Part shown: piece after piece, positions 1 to 5,331 of the stretch
Position numbering within the stretch: position 1 is the first letter of the stretch
Layout of the letters: each line of letters begins with the position of its first letter
Source of the DNA: Candidatus Wukongarchaeum yapensis
GTDB taxonomy: Archaea; Asgardarchaeota; Wukongarchaeia; Wukongarchaeales; Wukongarchaeaceae
DNA: 5,331 nt
Assembly: GCA_016840425.1 (NCBI GenBank)
Contig: JAEOSI010000166.1
Span: 1-5,331 of the forward strand
Direction of reading: 5' to 3'
Notes under the pieces: model-generated
What the model was told of the DNA's origin: nothing
Seen by the model: the letters and a program-made list of their open reading frames with translations, nothing else
Database searches by the model: none
Position numbers and translations under genes: made by a program

Positions 1-156
1 AAGACTGAACAACAACTGGATTAAATAGGCTATTAAACCGACGAAAAGTAACCCTATGAGGGTTATTTTTGTAGTAAGCTTTAGCTCTTTCATATCCGGT
101 TTCCGACTATAACCGAATAACTTTCGTGCCTTACCAGCAAATTCTATGATTCCCAT
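1..156 (-). CDS. secE: Protein translocase subunit SecE / Sec61-gamma (3' end truncated by the window edge)
   Basis: Hand translation from ATG at 156: MGIIEFAGKARKLFGYSRKPDMKELKLTTKITLIGLLFVGLIAYLIQLLFSL, with no stop before base 1. It has the archaeal SecE pattern: amphipathic N-terminal helix, R-K-P-x-x-x-E hinge and one C-terminal TM helix (ITLIGLLFVGLIAYLIQLL). SD-like GAGCGGTG lies just upstream, and the gene is directly downstream of ftsZ as in the known ftsZ1-secE cluster. Confidence 0.9.
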   Translation of the reverse strand, partial: MGIIEFAGKARKLFGYSRKPDMKELKLTTKITLIGLLFVGLIAYLIQLLFSL

Positions 157-241
157 GAAAAACACCGCTCAAACTTAAAATGGAATCTAAATTACTTTTC
201 CTTAAAATCTTTCTACTTATCTGAAAAATAGGTGTAAAGCC

Positions 242-257
242 AATTTAAACCTTTTCA
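242..257 (-). promoter_or_regulatory. Candidate BRE/TATA promoter for secE
   Basis: Minus strand reads TGAAAAGG-TTTAAATT (purine-rich BRE-like run followed by a TATA-like box), about 85 nt upstream of the secE ATG. A second candidate (GAAAGA-TTTTAAG) lies near 200-213. AT-rich background makes chance matches likely. Confidence 0.3.
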
Positions 258-327
258 GATCAAAAAATTCCATCTTCTTGTTCTCAAAAATTTCAAGGAA
301 CTTAAACTTTTTAAACAGAAAGAAATG

Positions 328-349
328 AAAAAAGACCCTTCCCTTGGGT
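328..349 (-). terminator. Candidate terminator downstream of ftsZ (short hairpin plus U-tract)
   Basis: Minus strand ACCC-AAGGGAA-GGGT-C-TTTTTT followed by CATTTCTTTCTGTTT, about 125 nt after the ftsZ stop. Oligo-U tracts are the established archaeal termination signal. Confidence 0.4.
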
Positions 350-473
350 AGAGAAGCTGAGCTGGGGTGCAAATAATACAGGGCGAACTACTTAGAAATA
401 GACGAAGCTTCCAATAATTAAACTTGTTTAGTGTGCAGATCTAGGTAATTAGCCAATTTCCGTTGTTCTTGGA

Positions 474-1592
474 TTATTCGAAAGTTTCTAGGCCAAGATC
501 CTTTATGTTTATAGTCAAGTTGTTTTCTTCGGGTCCCAGTATGTAAGGGCTCCAAACATCGTTCAATAATACTATGACGCGCACAACATCGTTAAGTTCA
601 GGATAAATTGCGCTTCCCCATATTATCTCTAATTCAGGGTCAGCTGAAATCCGTTCCCTTACTAATTGAACAGCTTCTTTTGCTTCTCTTAAAGTTAGAT
701 CAACGCCACCGCTCACCTCGACTAAAGCCCTCTTTGCACAATGAATGTCGACAGAATCAAGCAACGGATGGTCCAAGGCATCCATAACAGCCTCTTGGAC
801 ACGACCGTTATTTGAATCAGATTCGCCTAAACCTATTAAAGCAAAACTACCGTCTTCCAAGACCTTTTTAACGTCAGCAAGATCAAGATTCATAAGTTGT
901 GGTACATTCATAAGCTCTGTAATACCTTTAACACTACGAATAAGTATTTCATCAGCAACACGAAAAGCTTCTGCAAGCCCTAAATCCGGGGCAACTTCCA
1001 ATAATTTTTCGTTAGGAACCACGATAACGGTATCACTATTCTCCTGAAGACCCTTTAAACCCTCGAACGCATTTTTGTTCCTCGTAGGACCTTCAACCCT
1101 AAAAGGCAAAGTACAAACCGAAACCGTTAATGCTCCCGCCTCTTTAGCAAGCTCAGCAATCACAGGAGCAGCTCCAGAACCCGTACCACCACCAAGCCCA
1201 CAAGTGACAAAAACCATGTCAGCCCCTTCTAAAACTTCTTTTAAAGCATCTTCATTCTCCTGAGCGGCAGCTTTTCCTAATTGGGGCTGATCGCCAGCGC
1301 CCCGCCCCCTCGTCAACGTTCTACCTATTAAAACCTTCTTGTGAGCCTTAGTAATATAAAGTTGCTGCGCATCGGTGTTTACGGCGACAGTTATAGCGCC
1401 TTGAATACCTTCATTCATCAGCCTTGAAATCGCATTATTACCGCCGCCACCACAACCCATAACCAAAATCCTCGTTGAAATCTCATTAGTTAACTTTCTC
1501 AAATCTTCATCGACAACATAAGCATCATAGCGATCCTGAGAAACTAGGTCTATCCCCTGCCTTTTAGCCTGCTCAAAATTAAAAGTATCCAT
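474..1592 (-). CDS. ftsZ: Cell division GTPase FtsZ (archaeal, FtsZ1-type neighbourhood)
   Basis: 372 aa with [22 protein letters not shown], tubulin signature [10 protein letters not shown]7-loop NLDLAD, IIWG and archaeal-type SPYILG plus a short C-terminal peptide (DLGLETFE). GAGGAG lies 7 nt before the ATG, and secE follows. Confidence 0.98.
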   Translation of the reverse strand: MDTFNFEQAKRQGIDLVSQDRYDAYVVDEDLRKLTNEISTRILVMGCGGGGNNAISRLMNEGIQGAITVAVNTDAQQLYITKAHKKVLIGRTLTRGRGAGDQPQLGKAAAQENEDALKEVLEGADMVFVTCGLGGGTGSGAAPVIAELAKEAGALTVSVCTLPFRVEGPTRNKNAFEGLKGLQENSDTVIVVPNEKLLEVAPDLGLAEAFRVADEILIRSVKGITELMNVPQLMNLDLADVKKVLEDGSFALIGLGESDSNNGRVQEAVMDALDHPLLDSVDIHCAKRALVEVSGGVDLTLREAKEAVQLVRERISADPELEIIWGSAIYPELNDVVRVIVLLNDVWSPYILGPEENNLTINIKDLGLETFE

Positions 1593-1598
1593 CAGACA

Positions 1599-1621
1599 TC
1601 TCCTCTTTTGTCTCCTCTTTT
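1599..1621 (-). repeat. Tandem 11-bp direct repeat (AAAAGAGGAGA x2) giving a duplicated Shine-Dalgarno before ftsZ
   Basis: Plus strand TCTCCTCTTTT at 1599-1609 and 1611-1621, separated by one G. Each copy contains GAGGAG on the ftsZ-coding strand. Confidence 0.85.
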
Positions 1622-1715
1622 CTTAGACTATCATAAGTCCACGAGTTATAAATAAAAGAAAGAGTATTATTGATACCATATCTCGATAATATCTCATAAA
1701 AAATAATCAAATAAC

Positions 1716-1727
1716 GGTTTTAAAACC
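1716..1727. promoter_or_regulatory. Palindromic TATA-like element GGTTTTAAAACC in the divergent ftsZ/peptidase spacer
   Basis: Perfect 12-bp palindrome with a TTTTAAAA core, 57 nt upstream of the peptidase ATG (1784). A second TATA-like element (TTATAAATA) lies near 1646-1654. Confidence 0.35.
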
Positions 1728-1783
1728 TAAAATACCTTAAGATCCCTCTATTTTGGAAAATTAAATAAAAAAGGGTTTTGTTT

Positions 1784-3127
1784 ATGAAAAATAGAAAGAT
1801 ATGGAAAGTTCATTTAACTGTTTTTCTTTTCTTGACTTTGACTACTTTGATATTGTTATGTTCTTTTTCTTTCATTGTTAGTGTTAGAAAAATTTCTTCT
1901 AATCACGCCTTATCTTTATCGGAGGATATGGGAGAAGGCGGAAAAACAAGTTGGGTCCCTGATCATGATAATGATGTGCTTGGAAGTAAAAAGTTTGATT
2001 TTTCTTTTGAGTTTCTTAGTTCGGAAAGAATGGTTATTGCTCCAGATTCTCACTATCCAAGAGCTGGAGACTTGGGGGCATATCATACGTATGAGGAGAC
2101 AGTTGATATTTTAAAGGATCTTAATTCTTCTCATGCTGAACTAGTAGAGTTAGTGGGTATTGGTTTAAGTTATAATAATCGAACGATTTTGGCTGTGAGG
2201 ATAACTAACGAATCCTCAGGGTTAGAAGGGAAGTTTGAGATTTTGTATACTGGAGCGCATCATGCGAGGGAGCTTATAAGCACAGAAATTATCCTATATA
2301 TTATGGATTATGTTGTTTTTAATTATGGAGTTAACGCTACAATCACAGAGATATTGAACAATAGCGTTTTGTGTTTTATTCCTATGGTTAATCCTGATGG
2401 GGTTGCAGATTATATTGAGAAGGGTGAGCCGGGGTGGAGGAAAAACTCGAGGCCACCTTATGGTGTAGACATAAATAGGAATTATGCCTATCAGTGGGGT
2501 CAAGCAGGATCAAGTGATGATGAAAGTTCGGATATTTACCGTGGTACTGCACCTTTTAGCGAGCCTGAAACTCGAGCTATCCGAGATTTTGTCCTTTCTC
2601 ATAATTTTGTTATTGCCGTAAACTATCATAGTGGCGCGGAATTGGTGATATATCCTTGGGGATATACGCGAAGTTTATACCCCCCTCCCCCTGATATAGG
2701 CTTTTTTACTGAGATTGGGAAGACGATCGAGAGCATGACAGGTTATTATTGCCAACAAGCTTCTTATTTTTATCTGGCAAGTGGTACTGCTATTGATTGG
2801 ATGTATCATAACAAAAGCATAATCGCATTCACCATAGAGGCTTATTGTGATAAGTCGACGCTTTTGCTTCCTGATTTTGAAGCGTATATTTGGGACTATT
2901 TTAACCCTCCGGAAGATTTGATCAATACTACTTGTCAGAGAAATTTAGAAGCAGCTCTTTATATGGCAAATGTAGCAGGTGAAATAAGAGCTTCTGAAGA
3001 AAAGGAAGCAGAGAAAGTATGGTATAAAGAAACTTCTACTATCGCGAGCATAATTGGCGTTATTGCTGTTGCTGTAGTGATCGTAACCTACTTCACACCC
3101 CAAAGAAGAGCCGAACTAAAAAAGTGA
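1784..3127 (+). CDS. Membrane-anchored M14A zinc carboxypeptidase (carboxypeptidase A/T-like)
   Basis: Motifs present: Zn ligands HHARE (HxxE) and NYHS, NPDG, WRKN, GVDINRNY, YRGTAPFSEPETRA, IYPWGY, ASGTAIDWMY and catalytic FTIE. N-terminus is basic then hydrophobic (MKNRKIWK-VHLTVFLFLTLTTLILLCSFSFIV). C-terminus has a hydrophobic helix and basic tail (IASIIGVIAVAVVIVTYF-TPQRRAELKK). ATG 1784 is preferred over the TTG at 1778. Confidence 0.95.
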   Translation: MKNRKIWKVHLTVFLFLTLTTLILLCSFSFIVSVRKISSNHALSLSEDMGEGGKTSWVPDHDNDVLGSKKFDFSFEFLSSERMVIAPDSHYPRAGDLGAYHTYEETVDILKDLNSSHAELVELVGIGLSYNNRTILAVRITNESSGLEGKFEILYTGAHHARELISTEIILYIMDYVVFNYGVNATITEILNNSVLCFIPMVNPDGVADYIEKGEPGWRKNSRPPYGVDINRNYAYQWGQAGSSDDESSDIYRGTAPFSEPETRAIRDFVLSHNFVIAVNYHSGAELVIYPWGYTRSLYPPPPDIGFFTEIGKTIESMTGYYCQQASYFYLASGTAIDWMYHNKSIIAFTIEAYCDKSTLLLPDFEAYIWDYFNPPEDLINTTCQRNLEAALYMANVAGEIRASEEKEAEKVWYKETSTIASIIGVIAVAVVIVTYFTPQRRAELKK

Positions 3128-3224
3128 TAAAAGAATAATATATCACTCCAATAAATCGCCCTCCTTTTATACTTTTTATTGAAGTTGTTTAGCTTAATTA
3201 TTTGTTGTTTTTAATTAATTATTT

Positions 3225-3408
3225 TCATATTTCTTTGGTTTTTTCCAGGTTTATGCCTTTTTACGCATAAATTGGGCGATTTTTTCCCTTTAGGTTTTGT
3301 TATCTCTTTCCAGCCAATTACTGCAGTTTAAACTTTTTCAAAGGCTTCTTGCAGCATTTTTGTTCTCAGTTCATCTAAGACATATTTTGGCACTATATGC
3401 CCCAAAAA
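3225..3408 (-). pseudogene. dtdA: Decayed 3' fragment of archaeal D-aminoacyl-tRNA deacylase (DTD2/DtdA)
   Basis: Hand translation: FLGHIVPKYVLDELRTKMLQEAFEKV* TAVIGWKEITKP [1 nt missing, ~3291] REKIAQFMRK [1 nt missing in A-run, ~3259] GINLEK TKEI* (TGA 3227-3225). From memory this matches the DtdA C-terminal pattern GHIxPKY...L..A.EK...A.xDWKG....R..I...L...G. dtdA is also the usual upstream neighbour of ftsZ1-secE. No database search was run. Confidence 0.72.
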
Positions 3409-3414
3409 TTAGCT

Positions 3415-4386
3415 TTATTTCCCCTTTTTTGTATTTTCTTTTCTTCTTTCTTCTAGGAATTCTTCTACTTCCTCTGAGGTGGGTAATCCTTCCTGTGCCC
3501 CTGGTATTGTGCACTTTATTGCGGAAACTGCTGATGCAAATATGCCTGCTTCTTCCAAATTTTTTCCTTGTGCTATCCTTGTTAAGAATCCTGCTGCAAA
3601 AGCATCACCCGCTCCCGTAGAGTCCACCGCGTTAACTTCAAAAGCTTCTGCCTTCAAAATCTGATCCTTTGACACTATGACCGCCCCCGCTGCTCCCATG
3701 GTAACCACCACTATGATATCTTTTCCATCCACTATCTCCTTCATACGTGTAGCAATGAAACCTTCCGTAGGTTTTTCCTTCGTTAACCGTTCATAGGCCC
3801 TACTGCTTATGAACAGTACGTCTGGTTTACCTATGCGGTTGATCGTTTCAACAATCTCTGTAAGAGTTAGCTTGCTATCGCTTAACTCTGCCCCTGCATT
3901 GTATGCAAATATAGCATCAACATCGCTTGCTATAGTCCAAAGTTTTTTTACGAGGGGAAAAGGTGTTCCTGCAACATATATTATATTCGATCCCTTAAAA
4001 TCCACCTCATCTATATAATTCTCTAAGTATTGGTTTGCACCTTTATGCATGAGAACCGCTCTTTCACCTTTTGGATCCACGGTAATTATCGTGAAACCTG
4101 TAGTTTCTCCTTCAATTATTTTTACATCGCGTAGTACTACGCCCTCTGTTGAGAGTTCTTTTAGTATTGTTTGTCCTTCTTCATCGTCTCCTACACAACC
4201 AACAAGCCTTGCTGTATATCCAAGACGTGTACAAGATACTGAAAAGTTTGCTGCCGCTCCTCCAAACCTGAAGATAAGCTCAAGAATAGTGGTTTCAGCG
4301 TCAGAAACAGGGATAACCGGAACTTTTGCTATCCAGTCCATGTTAATTGTACCGACAGAAGTTATCACAAAATCCGCAGAAGGCAT
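3415..4386 (-). CDS. PfkB / ribokinase-family carbohydrate or nucleoside kinase
   Basis: GTINMD, FGGAAANFS (PfkB signature 1), GCVGDDEEG, VVVTMGAAG and DSTGAGDAFAAGF (signature 2, GAGD anion hole), then AVSAIKCT..GAQ. ATG 4386 (MPSAD) is preferred over TTG 4395 because AGGTTGA, an SD-like sequence, lies just upstream of it. Substrate cannot be assigned. Confidence 0.95.
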   Translation of the reverse strand: MPSADFVITSVGTINMDWIAKVPVIPVSDAETTILELIFRFGGAAANFSVSCTRLGYTARLVGCVGDDEEGQTILKELSTEGVVLRDVKIIEGETTGFTIITVDPKGERAVLMHKGANQYLENYIDEVDFKGSNIIYVAGTPFPLVKKLWTIASDVDAIFAYNAGAELSDSKLTLTEIVETINRIGKPDVLFISSRAYERLTKEKPTEGFIATRMKEIVDGKDIIVVVTMGAAGAVIVSKDQILKAEAFEVNAVDSTGAGDAFAAGFLTRIAQGKNLEEAGIFASAVSAIKCTIPGAQEGLPTSEEVEEFLEERRKENTKKGK

Positions 4387-4622
4387 TTTAATCAACCTTT
4401 TAGTGTGTAAGTATTAGAAAAAAACCAAATAGAAAAAAACACGTTTCTTCTCCTTATTTTAACCCCTACACACCCTTATCAGATCACTTAACGAAACTTT
4501 CCTCATGAAGCTTTCCGCTATAGATTAAAAACATACTCAAACTTTTAACTAAATATTTTTCTCATTCTTTTTAAAAAAGTTATTTTTCTGCTTTTTAAAG
4601 GTTTTTAACAGCCTTTATTCCT

Positions 4623-4644
4623 TAATAAATTTCCAAATTTATTA
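4623..4644. repeat. Perfect inverted repeat TAATAAATTT-CC-AAATTTATTA
   Basis: 10-bp arms with a 2-bp spacer, read directly from the sequence. Function unknown. Confidence 0.8.
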
Positions 4645-4889
4645 TTCATCACTCTTTTTTTAATTTTAAAATAATATTAATCTCAGATATACATCCCTTA
4701 TTCTTTTTTATAAAACTTTTCTGAAACCAACGTTATAACCTGAGATTAGACGATCTAAGTAAAGAGATTAGAAAAGCAACTATTCAAGGTTTTAGAAAGC
4801 TAAGATTTTTGAATCAAGAAGATTCCTCCACTGAAGACTCATAACTTCTTTATTATCTCTCTTTTTAAGACACTTTATTTGATTTAAAT

Positions 4890-5005
4890 AAGATATTTAA
4901 AGTACTATCTTTAAAAAGATATACGAAACATGAAAAAAATCGATAAATAGTATTAAGATATCAGTATAAGATATGAAAAATATTTCCACACACTATACAA
5001 GATAG
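4890..5005 (+). repeat. Cluster of AAGATA(T) motifs upstream of the small membrane-protein gene
   Basis: AAGATAT at 4890, 4916, 4955 and 4968, and AAGATAG at 4999. An inverted copy forms TATCTTT-AA-AAAGATA (4906-4921). Confidence 0.6.
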
Positions 5006-5022
5006 TAGTGGTGGAGCAAAAT

Positions 5023-5217
5023 ATGAGCAAAATAAAAGAAGTTTCAAAATGGTTAGCGATGTTTGGCGCACTTTGGCTAATTTTCGCAACCATTATTTTT
5101 GCCCTCGCGATACAACATCACGAGACGGATTACTCATTTGAAATAGCAGCTTTTTGTGGATTAATATTTGCGGCAGATATTACTGCAATAGCCTTAGTTT
5201 ATAATACGCTATGGTGA
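5023..5217 (+). CDS. Small hypothetical membrane protein (64 aa, two predicted TM helices)
   Basis: MSKIKEVSKWLAMFGALWLIFATIIFALAIQHHETDYSFEIAAFCGLIFAADITAIALVYNTLW: basic N-terminus and two hydrophobic segments joined by a short QHHETDYS loop. GGTGGAG SD-like motif lies before ATG 5023 (preferred over GTG 5008). The segment is less AT-rich than its flanks. Confidence 0.75.
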   Translation: MSKIKEVSKWLAMFGALWLIFATIIFALAIQHHETDYSFEIAAFCGLIFAADITAIALVYNTLW

Positions 5218-5235
5218 AAATTCCGTTTTCATAAG

Positions 5236-5331
5236 TTAAAATTGATCCTCAATCTTTTCTTCTCTAATACTCTTTTCATATTCTTTTGCAAATTCTTCTG
5301 AGAAAGATAGAATAAAACTTCTTAGAAAGAG
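5236..5331 (-). CDS. Probable 3' end of a convergent gene (truncated by the right edge)
   Basis: Stop-free minus-strand frame from base 5331: LFLRSFILSFSEEFAKEYEKSIREEKIEDQF* (TAA 5238-5236). It has a hydrophobic stretch then a charged tail, and ends 18 nt from the stop of the small gene. Too short to assign a function. Confidence 0.5.
   Translation of the reverse strand, partial: LFLRSFILSFSEEFAKEYEKSIREEKIEDQF

Noticed and set aside
217-390. Minus-strand open frame in the ftsZ-secE spacer (...MEFFDLKRFKLALHLFFR)
   Set aside because: Phe/Lys-rich composition simply reflects T/A runs; there is no SD and no recognisable family.
745-1263. Plus-strand ORFs 745-1047 and 1075-1263
   Set aside because: Antisense shadows of ftsZ; Ser/Pro/Thr-rich with no recognisable motifs.
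1875-2503. ORFs 1875-2114 (+) and 2294-2503 (-)
   Set aside because: Alternative-frame or antisense ORFs inside the well-supported peptidase gene.
2690-2701. C6-T-C5 tract (PPPP) in the peptidase as a phase-variation site
   Set aside because: The tract is short and interrupted and the frame is intact; it is adequately explained by four proline codons.
3153-3282. 9-bp inverted repeat AAATCGCCC / GGGCGATTT and a 7-bp hairpin at 3250-3271
   Set aside because: Short and not extendable, with no transposase or target-site duplication. The right arm lies within dtdA-derived codons, so chance is likely.
3328-3420. Stop-codon readthrough or recoding producing a PfkB-DtdA fusion
   Set aside because: It would need two TAA readthroughs within three codons, then another TAA and two frameshifts. 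TAA is not a Sec or Pyl codon. Decay is the simpler explanation.
3297-4417. Plus-strand ORFs 3297-3620, 3479-3664, 3809-4018 and 4049-4417
   Set aside because: Antisense to pfkB and the dtdA relic. The hydrophobic look of 3297-3620 is explained by the T-rich complement of a Lys/Glu-rich coding strand.
4479-4506. C/D-box-like pair on the minus strand (ATGAGGA ... CTGA)
   Set aside because: Only one imperfect C box and one D box, 17 nt apart, with no convincing C'/D' pair. Not enough to call an sRNA without a covariance-model search.
4396-5022. CRISPR array, tRNA or IS element in the long spacer
   Set aside because: No regularly spaced 24-48 bp repeats, no cloverleaf with D/T-loop motifs, no long terminal inverted repeats and no transposase frame.

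Overview
AT-rich archaeal window (phylum cannot be determined from sequence alone). Left to right: 5' part of secE (minus strand, runs off the left edge, missed by the ORF track); ftsZ (FtsZ1-type neighbourhood, minus); a divergently transcribed M14A zinc carboxypeptidase with predicted membrane anchors at both ends (plus); a decayed 3' remnant of what looks like archaeal D-aminoacyl-tRNA deacylase dtdA (minus, one in-frame stop and two frameshifts); a PfkB/ribokinase-family kinase (minus); a ~630 bp very AT-rich intergenic region with several repeats; a 64-aa two-helix membrane protein (plus); and the probable 3' end of a convergent gene at the right edge. The most interesting signal is the dtdA relic. 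It suggests that the conserved archaeal dtdA-ftsZ1-secE cluster was broken here: dtdA has decayed and a surface carboxypeptidase gene now lies head-to-head with ftsZ. No CRISPR array, RNA gene or mobile element can be supported. I see no demonstrable new multi-gene system; the peptidase-ftsZ pairing is the best lead but is inference.
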